The notes: generated by a model from the letters alone, not told the origin. Shown: positions 48,048-58,824, counted from the stretch's first letter. The stretch is DNA of 64,000 nt from Thermoplasmata archaeon (GCA_021816865.1 JAKAWX010000001.1:252739-316738), one strand, 5' to 3'. Made by a program: numbers and translations.

Positions 48048-48956
48048 ATGTCGCCCGAGGCGCCGGCGGCGCCCACCCCTTCCGACCTCACCCAGTCGGG
48101 GGACCTCGTTCGCATCGAATACGACCTGTGGGCCGAGACCGCAGGCAAGACCGAGCTCTTGGACACGACCCATGCCGAGGTCGCCGAGGAGCAGAAGATC
48201 GCGACCCCGGAGGGGTTCGCCTTCGGGCCACGGCCTCACCAGGTCGGCGGGGACCGGTTCCCGGGCGGGATCGAGAACGCGCTCATCGGCCTCAAGATCG
48301 GGGACGTCGTCGAACGGGAGTTCGCCCCCTCGGACGCCTTCGGCGAGCGGGACCCTAAGCTGATCGAACTGTTCTCCATGCACGAGGTCGAGCGACTGCC
48401 CGAGATGCGACGGGAAGACGCCCGGCTCGACGTCGGCACCGTCCTCACCATCGAGGGTCGCCGCGGCCGCGTCGTCTCGTTGACGGCCGCCCGTGTACGG
48501 GTCGACTTCAACCCGCCGTTCGCGGGCCGCAAGGTCCGGGGCAAGTTCACGGTCCTCGAGCGCATCGTCGACCCGGTCGCGCAGGCGCGAGCGGTCCTCG
48601 AGCTGCAGTACGGCCGGTCCTCGGAGTTCGGAGTCGAGCACCACGCCCACACGCTGACCCTGACCCTCCCCGAGCGCTCGAAGTTCGACATCAACTGGCT
48701 CGCGGCCAAGCCGCGCGTGATCGATCGCCTGCGCTCCTACGTGCACCCCCGGACGATTCGGATCGTTGAGGAGTACGTGACGCCGGTCGCCGAGAAGAAG
48801 GCGGAGGCCGCTCCGGCGGCTACGTCGAAGGCCGCCGTCGAGGGCCAGCCCGCGATCCCCGAGGCCGAAGGGCCGTCCGAGCCCGCGCCGCCGGCCGAGG
48901 CCAAGGCGAAAGGTTCGTCGAAGGCGCGCGGTCACCCGGCCCCCCCCGATGCGTGA
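48048..48956 (+). CDS. Long-type FKBP/SlyD peptidyl-prolyl isomerase
   Basis: LDTT, AFGERDP and VDFNPPFAG. Confidence 0.88.
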   Translation: MSPEAPAAPTPSDLTQSGDLVRIEYDLWAETAGKTELLDTTHAEVAEEQKIATPEGFAFGPRPHQVGGDRFPGGIENALIGLKIGDVVEREFAPSDAFGERDPKLIELFSMHEVERLPEMRREDARLDVGTVLTIEGRRGRVVSLTAARVRVDFNPPFAGRKVRGKFTVLERIVDPVAQARAVLELQYGRSSEFGVEHHAHTLTLTLPERSKFDINWLAAKPRVIDRLRSYVHPRTIRIVEEYVTPVAEKKAEAAPAATSKAAVEGQPAIPEAEGPSEPAPPAEAKAKGSSKARGHPAPPDA

Positions 48957-49032
48957 TCCGACGACTCGGCGGGAACGCGCGGCGCCGGACACGAACGACG
49001 GGGTCATGAACTCCCCCCCAACTGCGCCGACC

Positions 49033-49164
49033 ATGTCCACCGAACCGGAACCGGCACCGTTTCCCCGAACGTTCGTGATCCTCTCGTTCGCCGCCGCGAT
49101 CCTCGTCGCGGTGATTGTCATCTACTTCGGCGTGAACGGCCAGCTCGGCGCGGGGATTCCGTGA
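49033..49164 (+). CDS. Small single-TM protein (43 aa)
   Basis: MSTEPEPAPFPRTFVILSFAAAILVAVIVIYFGVNGQLGAGIP; start could be ATG 49006. Confidence 0.6.
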   Translation: MSTEPEPAPFPRTFVILSFAAAILVAVIVIYFGVNGQLGAGIP

Positions 49165-49219
49165 GTCCTCGTCGGGTGCGTATCGAACCCTCATAAACCC
49201 CGGGGGCGGTGGACCCCGC

Positions 49220-49348
49220 GTGTCCGCTTCCGCCGCCCGGGGGTATGACGACGCGCGGTCGGCGAACTCGGGTTGGATCGCCGCGGCCCTCGTGATCCTC
49301 GGCGTCTTCGTCGTGGGCGCCGCGTTCTGGTTCAGGTACCACCCGTAG
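49220..49348 (+). CDS. Small single-TM protein (42 aa, not in the ORF track)
   Basis: MSASAARGYDDARSANSGWIAAALVILGVFVVGAAFWFRYHP; CATAAA about 25 nt upstream. Confidence 0.55.
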   Translation: MSASAARGYDDARSANSGWIAAALVILGVFVVGAAFWFRYHP

Positions 49349-49907
49349 GCCCGGGTGCCGCGGCGGCGGGTCCGCGCGCGGCGGGCCAGCGGTAGAGGTA
49401 GACATCGGTCGATCGTTCGTACCGCTCGCTCGTCCATCCGGGGACGGGGTGGCAATGACTCACCACCCGAGCCCCGTTCGGCAGTTCGGCCTCGAGCTTC
49501 GGCCGGAGACGGGTCATTGCGCCGGGCCAGAGGAACGCGGTCACGACGGTCGCGCCGCGGAAGTCCTGGTCGAAGAGGTTGCCCCAACGGATCGTGATCC
49601 GGTCGGAGGAGCGGCCGAGCCGTACGCGCAGCCGCAGTATCGCGAGACGGATCGGTTCGACCTCGACCCCGACAACGCGCGCCCCGTACGTCCGAGCCGC
49701 CCGGAAGACGATCGCGCCGGTTCCCGCACCGAGGTCGTAGAGGGTGTCGGCCGGCCCGACCCCGGCGAACGCGAGCATCGTCTCCACGGCCCGGCGCGGG
49801 GTCGGCTCGTATCCCGCGCCGAACGCGAACGACGCGAAGACGAAGTACGCCGCCACGATCCCTCCGACCAGCCCGACCGTGGCCAGGAGGAACACGGGGT
49901 CGACCAT
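49332..49907 (-). CDS. SAM-dependent methyltransferase with an N-terminal TM
   Basis: YDLGAGTG, VGVE and ELPNGARVVSH. Confidence 0.85.
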   Translation of the reverse strand: MVDPVFLLATVGLVGGIVAAYFVFASFAFGAGYEPTPRRAVETMLAFAGVGPADTLYDLGAGTGAIVFRAARTYGARVVGVEVEPIRLAILRLRVRLGRSSDRITIRWGNLFDQDFRGATVVTAFLWPGAMTRLRPKLEAELPNGARVVSHCHPVPGWTSERYERSTDVYLYRWPAARGPAAAAPGPTGGT

Positions 49908-49914
49908 GCGGGGC

Positions 49915-50880
49915 CTAGCGGGACCGGCGCGAACCGGCGAGGAGGCGGTCGGCCGCGGCCCGGGGGTCGAGCGAGCGGGCGACGACCCGGTCGAGCAGGC
50001 GCCTCAACTCCGGGTCGCGCTCGAGCCGATCGATGAGGTCCCGCCCGACCCGGTCCCGCACAAGGCCTACGATCTCCCCCGAAAGGCGGCGCCGCTCGTC
50101 GGCGGCCCGGCCGCCGGAGGCGTCGAGATGGCGTTCGTGCGCCTCCACGGCGGCCCACAGGTCGTCGAGGCCGCTCGGCGGTGCCGTCGACGTCCCGACG
50201 ACGACCGGCGTCCAACCGCCCGGCCACGAGCCGAGCGCCACCAGGTCGTCGAGGTCCCGACGCGCGAGGTCCGCGCCGGGAAGGTCGACCTTGTTCACGC
50301 AGAAGACGTCCGCGATCTCGAAGAGCCCGGCCTTGAGCGTCTGGACCTCGTCGCCGAGGTGGGGGACGACGACGACGACCCGAGTGGTCGCGACCTCCCG
50401 GATCGCGACGTCGACCTGGCCGCTCCCGACGGTCTCGACGAGCACCACGTCGAACCCGGCGGCGTCGAGCAGTCGCGTCGCTTCGAGCGTGGCCGCGGCG
50501 AGACCCCCGGCCGCGCCCCGGCTCGCCATCGACCGGAAGAAGACGCCGGTGTCGTCGGCGCTTCGCTCGAAGCGGATACGGTCCCCGAGCACCGAGCCTC
50601 CCGAGAACGGGCTCGAAGGGTCGACCGCGACGACCGCGACCGTACGGCGCTCGGTGCGGAGCTTCGCGACCAGAGCGTTGATGAGACTCGACTTGCCGAC
50701 CCCGAGGGGCCCGGCGATCCCCACCACCGGCACCCCGCGGGTCCGCGGGTAGAGCGCCCGGAGGACCGGGTCGGCCGCCGGGTCGCCGTTCTCGATCGCC
50801 GTGATCGCGCGGGCGAGTGCCCGCCGATCGCCTTTCACGATCGCACGCGCCGCGCTCGGCAGTGGGCCGGGCCGCGTCAT
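49915..50880 (-). CDS. meaB: Methylmalonyl-CoA mutase-associated GTPase MeaB
   Basis: [30 protein letters not shown] and NKVD. Confidence 0.93.
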   Translation of the reverse strand: MTRPGPLPSAARAIVKGDRRALARAITAIENGDPAADPVLRALYPRTRGVPVVGIAGPLGVGKSSLINALVAKLRTERRTVAVVAVDPSSPFSGGSVLGDRIRFERSADDTGVFFRSMASRGAAGGLAAATLEATRLLDAAGFDVVLVETVGSGQVDVAIREVATTRVVVVVPHLGDEVQTLKAGLFEIADVFCVNKVDLPGADLARRDLDDLVALGSWPGGWTPVVVGTSTAPPSGLDDLWAAVEAHERHLDASGGRAADERRRLSGEIVGLVRDRVGRDLIDRLERDPELRRLLDRVVARSLDPRAAADRLLAGSRRSR

Positions 50881-51302
50881 GCCCGGGAACGTGCGAGCTT
50901 CTCGGCGGTCGAGACGATCTCCCCGAGCGAGGTGCCGGGGCCAAAGATCGCGCGGATCCCCGCGCGTTTGAGTCGTTTCGCGTCCTCGTCGGGGATGATC
51001 CCTCCGGCGAAGACCGGGACGCTCGCGGCCCGCTGCCGCTTCAGGAGAGCCAGGACACGGGGGAAGAGGGCCATATGGGCGCCCGAGAGGATGGAGAGGC
51101 CGATGAGGTCGACGTCCTCCTCGAGCGCCGCCCGCACGATCTCCTCCGGGGACTGGCGCAGTCCGGTGTAGATGACCTCCATGCCGGCGTCCCGGAGCGC
51201 GCGGGCGACGACCTTCGCGCCGCGGTCGTGCCCGTCGAGGCCCGGCTTCGCGATCAGGACGCGGATCGGCGTCGTCCGGCGCGGGCGCGTCGTGATCCCC
51301 AT
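50877..51302 (-). CDS. Cobalamin-binding subunit of an acyl-CoA (methylmalonyl-CoA-type) mutase
   Basis: [12 protein letters not shown] (DxHxxG) and GLSILSGAH. Confidence 0.93.
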   Translation of the reverse strand: MGITTRPRRTTPIRVLIAKPGLDGHDRGAKVVARALRDAGMEVIYTGLRQSPEEIVRAALEEDVDLIGLSILSGAHMALFPRVLALLKRQRAASVPVFAGGIIPDEDAKRLKRAGIRAIFGPGTSLGEIVSTAEKLARSRA

Positions 51303-51348
51303 CGATTCCTTGACGAGGACGGCGGAGAAAAGCTTTGTTGCGGGAGCT

Positions 51349-52272
51349 CTAGACGAGCCGGATCAGGTCGACCACGAGGTTCCCGGCGACGAGCGCCGCG
51401 ACCGCCCCGACGGCCATCACGACCAGGAACGGGATCTGGGGCGTGACCCAGATCCGACGGACCCCCCGGTCGGCCAGTTCGCGCGCGATCTCGACCCGCC
51501 GGCGCCGGTCGTCCTCGGAGGTCTCGATCTCCCCCTCCTCGCGTCGCGCGTCTCCGAACGACGGGTCTCGGACCCAGACGAACCGGCGCGGCAGCTCCGC
51601 CACCGGGATCGAGTAACCGGTGAATCCGCGCCAGAGCTCGAACTCCCCGCGCGCCGCGTTCCGGACCGCCACGGCGACCGGGACCGCGAGCGAGAGGAGG
51701 GCCGCGTTCATCAACAGGTCGACCGAGAACGGCAGCACGCTCGTCAGCGGTACGAGCGCCGGTGACGCCACGAGCCAGGGGGCCGGGAAGAGCGGTACAA
51801 GGAGCCCGGCGATCATGAGCGCCTTCGCGTCCGCGCCGCCGTACAGCACTCCGGCCTCGAAGAGCCCCCGTGCGATCAGGACCGACGCGAAGACCGCGAC
51901 GACCGCGATCGGCACCCCTCCGTCGCCGAAGCCGAACCGGACCGCCACGCCGAAGACGAGGGCCGCCACCGCCCCGTAGCCGCCCAGTTCGAGGAGGTCG
52001 GCGTAGGGCTCGAGACGGGGTCCGAGCCGCTGGTCCCAGGCGAACATGTGCTCCGCCGCGAGCCCGCCGACCGCGAGCCAGAGGAGGAGCGGGATCGTCC
52101 CCCCGGGGAACAACGCGACCGCACCGACCAAGAGGCCCGCGACGCCGAGGACCTGCCAGAGGGTGTCGGTCACCTCGCGCGTCCGGAGGTCCTCGTAGGC
52201 GGCGTAGCCGAACCCCGCGAGGAGGAGGCCGACCTGGACGGCGAGTGTCGCCTCCCCGAGACCGACCCCCAC
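51349..52272 (-). CDS. Prepilin/prearchaellin peptidase (A24, PibD/FlaK-like)
   Basis: [16 protein letters not shown] and [10 protein letters not shown]. Confidence 0.87.
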   Translation of the reverse strand: MGVGLGEATLAVQVGLLLAGFGYAAYEDLRTREVTDTLWQVLGVAGLLVGAVALFPGGTIPLLLWLAVGGLAAEHMFAWDQRLGPRLEPYADLLELGGYGAVAALVFGVAVRFGFGDGGVPIAVVAVFASVLIARGLFEAGVLYGGADAKALMIAGLLVPLFPAPWLVASPALVPLTSVLPFSVDLLMNAALLSLAVPVAVAVRNAARGEFELWRGFTGYSIPVAELPRRFVWVRDPSFGDARREEGEIETSEDDRRRRVEIARELADRGVRRIWVTPQIPFLVVMAVGAVAALVAGNLVVDLIRLV

Positions 52273-52385
52273 CGCACGTCCTCCGCCACCGTTCGACGGC
52301 CGGCGGGATTCTTAAGACCCTCGAGTGCAGGGGAGGGGCGGCCGAGAGCCCGGGGGGAGTCGGGCGACGCCGCGGCCCGCAAAGC

Positions 52386-52393
52386 TATTTAAA
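52386..52393 (+). promoter_or_regulatory. TATA box for rps6e/aIF2-gamma
   Basis: TATTTAAA about 40 nt before the rps6e ATG. Confidence 0.65.
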
Positions 52394-52431
52394 CGACCCT
52401 CGACTCGCGCGGCCCCCAGTCGGGAGACGCG

Positions 52432-52809
52432 ATGGTCGAGTACAAGCTGGTCATCTCCGAACGGGCGGCGTCGCTCGCTCGGACCGTTGGCGACCCCCAG
52501 GCCGCCGGCTTCCTTGGAAAGCGGATCGGGGAGACGGTGGGCGGCGAGTTGATCGGGGCGGTCGGTTACACCTTCCGCATCACCGGCGGGACGGACCGCA
52601 GCGGGTTCCCACTCCGGCCCGATTTGCCCGGCGCCCGCCAGACGCGACTGTTCGTCGGCGAGGGCTTCGGCTTCAAAGCCCCGCGGGCCGGAATGCGCAA
52701 GCGCCGGACGTTCCGCGGCAACACGATCAGCGAGGACACGGTCCAGATCAGCCTCGTCGTCGAACAGAAGGGGTCGAAGTCGCTCGCGGAGCTCTTCGGC
52801 GCCTCATGA
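52432..52809 (+). CDS. rps6e: 30S ribosomal protein S6e
   Basis: ITGGTDRSGFP and RKRRTFRGN. Confidence 0.95.
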   Translation: MVEYKLVISERAASLARTVGDPQAAGFLGKRIGETVGGELIGAVGYTFRITGGTDRSGFPLRPDLPGARQTRLFVGEGFGFKAPRAGMRKRRTFRGNTISEDTVQISLVVEQKGSKSLAELFGAS

Positions 52810-54041
52810 AGGTACCGCGACAGCCCGAGGTCAACATCGGCCTGGTCGGGCACGTCGACCACGGCAAGACGACGCTGACCCAGGCCCTCACGGGCGAGTG
52901 GACCGACCGGCACTCCGAGGAGCTGAAGCGCGGGATCTCGATCAAACTCGGCTACGCGGACGCGGCGTTCTACAAGTGCCCGAACTGCCCCGAGCCGTCC
53001 GGCTACTCGACCTCACCCGTCTGTCCCGCGTGCGGCGGCGAGGCGAAGTTCCTGAGAGCGGTCTCGTTCGTCGACGCCCCGGGGCACGAGACCCTGATGG
53101 AGACGATGCTCTCGGGAGCAGCGATCATGGACGGCGCGCTCCTTTTGGTCGCGGCGAACGAGCACTGCCCCCAGCCCCAGACCCGCGAGCACCTCTACGC
53201 GCTCGACATCATCGGCGTCCGCAAGGTCGTGGTCGTCCAGAACAAGATCGACCTCCTCTCCGCGGAGGCCGCCGAACAGAACTACGGCGAGATCGTCGAG
53301 TTCCTCAAGGGGTCCCCCGTCGCGGGCGCCCCGGTGATCCCCGTGAGCGCCAACCACCGGGTTGGTATCGATGCGCTCATCGGGGCGCTCGAGGCGACGA
53401 TCCCGACGCCCGTTCGCGACCTCACGAAGCCGCCGCTCATGTACGTGGCGCGCTCGTTCGATGTCAACCGACCGGGCACCCGGCCGAAGGAGCTGCGCGG
53501 CGGAGTGCTCGGGGGGTCCCTGCTGCAGGGTCGGATCACGCGCGACGAAGAGATCGAGATCCGGCCGGGGCGCGCCGGAGCCAACGCGGCGGCATCGGAG
53601 TCGCTCCGGACAAAGGTCACGTCGATCATCTCGGGCGGTCAGGAGTGGGACGAGCTGCGCCCCGGGGGCCTCGCCGCACTCGGCACCAGCCTCGACCCCG
53701 CGCTGGCGAAGGGCGACGGGCTCACCGGTCGTCTCGTCGGCACGGTCGGGAACCTCCCGCCCGTGAGCCAGAAGATCCGCCTCAAGGCGACGCTCCTCGA
53801 GCGCGTGCTCGGCGCCCAGCGCGAGATCAAGGTCGACAAGATCCGAACGAGCGAGCTCCTGGCGATCACGGTCGGCACGACCGTCGCGAGCGGGAAGGTC
53901 ACGAGCGCCCGCGGCGAGGAGGTCGAGCTCGCCCTCAACCGGGCGGTCACCGTCTTTCCGGGTAGCCGGGTCGCGATCTCCCGACGGCTGAACGCGTGGC
54001 GCCTGATCGGCTTCGGCATCGTGGAGGGGCCGGGGAAGTGA
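52806..54041 (+). CDS. eif2g: Translation initiation factor aIF2 gamma subunit
   Basis: GHVDHGKT, RGISIKLGY, Zn knuckle, DAPGH and NKID. Confidence 0.97.
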   Translation: MKVPRQPEVNIGLVGHVDHGKTTLTQALTGEWTDRHSEELKRGISIKLGYADAAFYKCPNCPEPSGYSTSPVCPACGGEAKFLRAVSFVDAPGHETLMETMLSGAAIMDGALLLVAANEHCPQPQTREHLYALDIIGVRKVVVVQNKIDLLSAEAAEQNYGEIVEFLKGSPVAGAPVIPVSANHRVGIDALIGALEATIPTPVRDLTKPPLMYVARSFDVNRPGTRPKELRGGVLGGSLLQGRITRDEEIEIRPGRAGANAAASESLRTKVTSIISGGQEWDELRPGGLAALGTSLDPALAKGDGLTGRLVGTVGNLPPVSQKIRLKATLLERVLGAQREIKVDKIRTSELLAITVGTTVASGKVTSARGEEVELALNRAVTVFPGSRVAISRRLNAWRLIGFGIVEGPGK

Positions 54042-54220
54042 GGCCGGACCTTCTCGAGATCCTGCGCTGCCCGGTCTGCCGGGGCGAGCTCGCGCTCACC
54101 GTCCGCAAGCAAGAGGGGGCCGAGATCGTCGACGGCACGCTCCGCTGCCCGAAGTGCGCGGTCGACTACCCGATCGAAGACGGGATCCCCGACCTTCTGC
54201 CGCCCGACGAGCGGGACTGA
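54038..54220 (+). CDS. Trm112-family methyltransferase activator
   Basis: LLEILRCPVC...CPKC-x-YPIEDGIPDLL. Confidence 0.9.
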   Translation: MRPDLLEILRCPVCRGELALTVRKQEGAEIVDGTLRCPKCAVDYPIEDGIPDLLPPDERD

Positions 54221-54234
54221 GCCCCCCGGGGGAC

Positions 54235-54666
54235 CTAGCCCCCGGTTGCGTAGTAGTAACCGAATAGGACGAAGAACATCACAGTCGCGACCACGACCGA
54301 CGGGACGAGCCACCGGATCGCTCCCCGGCTGCGAGCCTGCACCGAGCTTCCCACGGTCACCACGGGGATCGCGAACGCGAGCCAGTACCCGCTCAGGATG
54401 GTCTCGTAGAGGGCGAACGACGTGGCGTTCGCGGTCGGGTCGCGCACCGCCAGGGCGATGACCAGCACCACCGCAAATGCGAGGAACGCAAGGCTGACCC
54501 CGGCGGCCTCGAGGTACCCCTCGAAGCCGCGCTTTCGGTTCGGGTAGTACCGCCGCAGGAGGAAGAGCATCGCGACGAACGCGCCGAGCGTCGCGACGAG
54601 GATGTAGAACGACGAGGTCGCGAGCGAGAGCGCGATCGGGCCCGACCCGGGAGGCGGAACGGCCAC
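54235..54666 (-). CDS. Hypothetical 4-TM membrane protein
   Basis: Four hydrophobic segments; AGGTG SD before the GTG. Confidence 0.7.
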   Translation of the reverse strand: MAVPPPGSGPIALSLATSSFYILVATLGAFVAMLFLLRRYYPNRKRGFEGYLEAAGVSLAFLAFAVVLVIALAVRDPTANATSFALYETILSGYWLAFAIPVVTVGSSVQARSRGAIRWLVPSVVVATVMFFVLFGYYYATGG

Positions 54667-54674
54667 CGTGGCAC

Positions 54675-55313
54675 CTACGGGGTGGTCAAGGTCACTCGCG
54701 CGGGTCCGCCGTCGCCGCCCCGGATCTTTAGCGGCAAGCAGTCGAGGCGGTATTCGCCGGCGGGGACCTCCGCGAGCAGGAGTCCCTCGAGGATGAGCGC
54801 GCCCGCGCCGAGCCAGAAGTGGTGGACGGGGAAGCGGTGGGTCGGGTCCGACTCCACCGACAGCGCGTCCACGCCGACGAGGCGGGTCCCTCGGTCGTAG
54901 AGCGCCTTCGCACCCGGAGCGGTGACCGCGACGTAGTCCGGGAAGAACTCGAGGGTCCGGGCCCATCGCGCCGAGTTCGCGGTCCGGAACAAGACCCGCC
55001 GGGTCCCGGACGGCACTCCGGCGACCTCCTCCGGCCCGATCGCCGTCGCGTCGGGCGCCACCGCGACAACGAGGCACGGGCCGTTCAGGAGCTCGAGGTC
55101 GAGCTCGTCCACCGTCGCGCCCCCCGGAATGAAGTGAGAGGGAGGGTCGACGTGCGTTCCCGCGTGCGACCCGAACGTCAGCGCGGAGAGGCTGTACGGG
55201 TCGCCGCGCTGGACCGACGAGACCGGGCGTGTCGCGAACGGCATGTCCCCGGGGAACACGGGCATTCCGGCGAAGAGCGGCATCGATACATCGAAGCGGC
55301 GGAGCGGGCCCAC
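54675..55313 (-). CDS. Cyclase family (kynurenine formamidase-like) protein
   Basis: HAGTHVDPPSHF, VGVDALS and PLKIRGGDGGPAR; start approximate. Confidence 0.88.
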   Translation of the reverse strand: MGPLRRFDVSMPLFAGMPVFPGDMPFATRPVSSVQRGDPYSLSALTFGSHAGTHVDPPSHFIPGGATVDELDLELLNGPCLVVAVAPDATAIGPEEVAGVPSGTRRVLFRTANSARWARTLEFFPDYVAVTAPGAKALYDRGTRLVGVDALSVESDPTHRFPVHHFWLGAGALILEGLLLAEVPAGEYRLDCLPLKIRGGDGGPARVTLTTP

Positions 55314-55463
55314 GCAGATCCCCAGCCTCTTTGGGGCCTGTAAGCCCATTAATCCTTCGACCGAAAGCGCGGGCCGGTCGTCCTCGTCGCGACCCGTGCT
55401 CGCGACAAGTCCGCCTGCCCGTGGGTACGAAGCGTTATGCCCGCTCGGACCGAACGAGCAGGG

Positions 55464-56840
55464 ATGGCCCGGGCCCGACGGGGGCGTCTCCCCGACGACG
55501 AGGACGATGACGAGCCGGACTCCGATGAGGAGGACGAGGAGGAACCTCGGCGGCGGCCCCGCCCCGCCCGGCCGACCCGACCTCGCTCGGCGCCTCCGTC
55601 GCCCGTCCAGCGCTGGCGGGGACCCGCGGGGGAGGACGAGGACGACGAGGAGCCGGACGAGCCGCAGCGGACCCGCCGCTGGCGGCCGGACGCCGAGAAA
55701 CCTCCCGTGTTCTGGCGGGCGCGGGACTCCCTTTACTTCGAGCCGCTCGTCGCGCTGGCCATCATCGTCCTCCTGATCGTCGGCCTCTTCGCCTACACCC
55801 AGAACTGGCCGCCGATCTATGTCGTCGAGTCGAGCAGCATGCAGCACGGGACGACCGACGTCCTCGGCCTCATCAACACGGGAGACCTCGTCCTCGCGCA
55901 GAAGGTCAGCGTCTCTTCGATCATACCCTACGTGATCGGCCTCGAGACCGGATATCATACCTACGGAGAGTACGGTGACGTCGTACTCTACCACCCGAAC
56001 GGCGGTGGCCAGACGCCGGTCATCCACCGCGCGATCCTCTACCTCGACTGGAACCCGTCCTCCCGGTCGTACGACATCCCCGACCTCAACGGTCTGGCCT
56101 GCGGAAACGCTTCGAACGCCGTCTACTCCACCCCCGGCACGCCCGGCGGATGCGGAACGACCGGCCTTCGCGGCACCCTCGAACTCTACCACATCGGGTG
56201 GAGATCGGCGAACGTCTCGGTCGACCTCGCCTCGCCCGCCCTCGGGGGCCACTCGGGGTTCCTCACGATGGGCGACAACAACGTCCTCTGTGCGGGCTCG
56301 AATTGCGTCGGCACTCCCGACCAGAGCGGAGGTACCACGCCGCAGATCAGCGAGCTCGTCGAGCCCGGCTGGGTCATCGGGGTCGCCCGTGGGATGATCC
56401 CCTGGTTCGGGTCCCTGAAGCTCCTGCTCGAGGGGAACGCCGGCGAGGTCCCGGCCCAGTCGTGGGAGTTCCTCGGGTTGACCGTCTCGGGCGTGATCTT
56501 GCTCGCATTCGGAATCCATTACGCCTTGCGCGCCGAGGGGATCGAAACCCCGCTGCGCAAGCAGGAGGACGAGGAGGAGGCGGCGGCCGGGGGAAGGTCG
56601 CCGCCCCCGGACGACGAGGACGACGAGTCCGACGAGCGTCCTCGTCGCTTCACCGACGCGTTGCGCCCCTGGCGCCACCCCGCGTCGGACGAAGAGGACC
56701 CGACGACGCCGACGGCTCCGCGGGGCCGACACCGCGCGGCGCGTTTCGACCGCCCGTCAACGAGCCGGCGGGGCCGACCCCGGCCGCACGTCCGCCGGTC
56801 GGAGAAATCGCGACGGCATCCGCACGACGAGGAGCTCTAG
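55464..56840 (+). CDS. Signal peptidase I (S26, Sec11-type) with long charged termini
   Basis: VVESSSMQH, GDLV, VIHRA and MGDNN; two TMs. Confidence 0.85.
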   Translation: MARARRGRLPDDEDDDEPDSDEEDEEEPRRRPRPARPTRPRSAPPSPVQRWRGPAGEDEDDEEPDEPQRTRRWRPDAEKPPVFWRARDSLYFEPLVALAIIVLLIVGLFAYTQNWPPIYVVESSSMQHGTTDVLGLINTGDLVLAQKVSVSSIIPYVIGLETGYHTYGEYGDVVLYHPNGGGQTPVIHRAILYLDWNPSSRSYDIPDLNGLACGNASNAVYSTPGTPGGCGTTGLRGTLELYHIGWRSANVSVDLASPALGGHSGFLTMGDNNVLCAGSNCVGTPDQSGGTTPQISELVEPGWVIGVARGMIPWFGSLKLLLEGNAGEVPAQSWEFLGLTVSGVILLAFGIHYALRAEGIETPLRKQEDEEEAAAGGRSPPPDDEDDESDERPRRFTDALRPWRHPASDEEDPTTPTAPRGRHRAARFDRPSTSRRGRPRPHVRRSEKSRRHPHDEEL

Positions 56841-56970
56841 AACTGGACCGACGGTCCACCGCCCCGGGCGGAGACGCGCGTCGACGGACGTGGTCCGGTG
56901 CGAGACGGCCTCTCGGTCGCCGTGGGCAACCTTTTAGGCCCTCCCCGGGTCCGGCGAGTCGGGGGCCGCT

Positions 56971-57846
56971 ATGCACGTCATCGGGGGGACCGCGTCCACC
57001 GCGCTCGCCGAGCGGATCTCCCGGGAGCTCGGGAATGCCCCGTTCGGGATCCCGTTCACCAAGCGGTTCCCGGACGGCGAGATGTACGTGCGCATCGGCG
57101 GTCGGCTCGAAGGCGACGACGCCGTGATCGTGCAGTCGACCCGGACCGACCAGGACCTGGTCGAGCTCCTTCTGCTCGAGGACGCGGTCCGCGAAGCCGG
57201 CGCGCGTCGAACCCTGGTGGTCGTCCCCTACTTCGGATACGCCCGACAGGACCGACGGTTCTTTACCGGTGAGGCCGTGAGCGCCCGCGCCCTCTGCCGC
57301 CATGTCGAACTCGACGCGGACGTTGTCGTCACGGTCGACCTGCACTCCTCCGCCACGCTCGGCCAGTTCTCCAAGCCCGCCTTCGAGGCGAGCGGCATCC
57401 CCGCGATCGCCCGGCTCCTGAGGGAGCGTCCGGTCGACCTCCTCGTCTCGCCCGACAAGGGGGGGATCGACCGCGCCCGGCGGATGGCCCAACTGCTCGA
57501 CAAACCGTGGCTCGCCCTCGAGAAGAAGCGGATCGACAGCGAGCACGTCGAGCTGTCGCTGCCCGAAAGCGTCCCGATCCCGCTCGAAGGGAAGCACACG
57601 GTGATCGTGGACGACGTCATCTCCACCGGCGGGACGATCGTGGAGGCCGCCAAGCTCCTGAAACGTCACCGGGTCGGGGCCGTGAGCGCCGCGTGTACCC
57701 ACGGGCTCTTCCTGAGGGATGCCTTCGAGCGTATCAAGGCCGTCGTCGACGAGGTCTACTCGACCGACACCCTCGGGAATGCCGCCGAGAAAGCCTCGGT
57801 CGCGCCCGACATCGCCCAGATCCTCCGACGCGAGTCGCCGTCCTAG
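56971..57846 (+). CDS. prs: Ribose-phosphate pyrophosphokinase
   Basis: FPDGE, PYFGYARQD and VDDVISTGGT. Confidence 0.95.
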   Translation: MHVIGGTASTALAERISRELGNAPFGIPFTKRFPDGEMYVRIGGRLEGDDAVIVQSTRTDQDLVELLLLEDAVREAGARRTLVVVPYFGYARQDRRFFTGEAVSARALCRHVELDADVVVTVDLHSSATLGQFSKPAFEASGIPAIARLLRERPVDLLVSPDKGGIDRARRMAQLLDKPWLALEKKRIDSEHVELSLPESVPIPLEGKHTVIVDDVISTGGTIVEAAKLLKRHRVGAVSAACTHGLFLRDAFERIKAVVDEVYSTDTLGNAAEKASVAPDIAQILRRESPS

Positions 57847-57858
57847 TTCGAGGAGAAC

Positions 57859-58824
57859 GTGGACGCCCCGCTCCCCACGGCCGGAGCGCCGCTCGACGAC
57901 CTCCTCGAGCTGGTCCAGTCGATGCGTCGCGAGCTCCGCCGGCGCGACGAGGCCCCGAGCGGTGACTGGGTCGAGCAGTCGGCGAACGACCTGCGTTCGG
58001 GCACCAAGGTCGGTTGGTACTACCCGATCGTCGCCGGAGGCGGCCTCGCTTTCTACGCGACCCAAGGCCGGGAGGCGTACGGTCACGTCCACGCCGGCGA
58101 GGGACCGGAGGCGGCCGCCCGGACGCTTCGCCTCGCGCGCCAACTCCTGGACTCGCTCCCGGCCACGGTGGGTTCGATCGACGTGGGGTTCACCGGACTG
58201 GCCGCCGAGGAGGAGCGGAAGCTTCTCCTCCAGCTCTCGGAGCGCCCGGGGTCGACGGTCATCGATCGTCTCGCACTCGAGCGCGAGCTCGGTCCGGCGG
58301 ACGCGGACGGACCTGGGCCCGCCCCCGACCACCTCTCGCTCGTTCCCGCGCGGGCGGTGACGGTCGAAGCGCTCGCGGACCTCGACCGTCGGGCCTTCTC
58401 GGGAACGGTCGACGAGCTGCTGATCGGCCCGTCGCCCGACGATTACGCACGCGTCCTCCGAGCGATGCTCGGCGGGAGCCTGGGGCGGTTCCTCGACGAG
58501 GCGTCCGTCGCGCTCCTCGTCCCGGAGCCTCCGACCCTTGTCGGCACGCTCCTCTCGGGCGAACAGACCCCACGGACCGCGATCTTCCTCGACTTCCTGG
58601 TGGACCCGGCCGCGCGCGGGCGCGGCTACGGGCGATTCCTGCTGCGGTGGGGGTTCCGGGCCCTCTGGGCCCTCGGCTACTCCTCCGTGCGTCTTTGGGT
58701 GACGACGGGGAACGCTTCGGCCCGGCATCTGTACGACGCGTCCGGGTTCCGGACCATCGCGGCCGCCGCGATCTACCGTTGGGAACGGGGGTCGGCCGGA
58801 CCGCAACCGCAGGCGGTCCGGTAA
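57859..58824 (+). CDS. GNAT-family acetyltransferase (C-terminal domain)
   Basis: VDPAARGRGYG and NASARHLYDASGF. Confidence 0.82.
   Translation: MDAPLPTAGAPLDDLLELVQSMRRELRRRDEAPSGDWVEQSANDLRSGTKVGWYYPIVAGGGLAFYATQGREAYGHVHAGEGPEAAARTLRLARQLLDSLPATVGSIDVGFTGLAAEEERKLLLQLSERPGSTVIDRLALERELGPADADGPGPAPDHLSLVPARAVTVEALADLDRRAFSGTVDELLIGPSPDDYARVLRAMLGGSLGRFLDEASVALLVPEPPTLVGTLLSGEQTPRTAIFLDFLVDPAARGRGYGRFLLRWGFRALWALGYSSVRLWVTTGNASARHLYDASGFRTIAAAAIYRWERGSAGPQPQAVR

Noticed and set aside
49915..51302. B12-binding mutase subunit and MeaB without the large subunit
   Set aside because: Split, dispersed mutase genes are common in archaea.
52316..52403. Short direct repeat GACCCTCGA after two TATA-like elements
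   Set aside because: Only 9 nt and two copies, so not distinguishable from chance.
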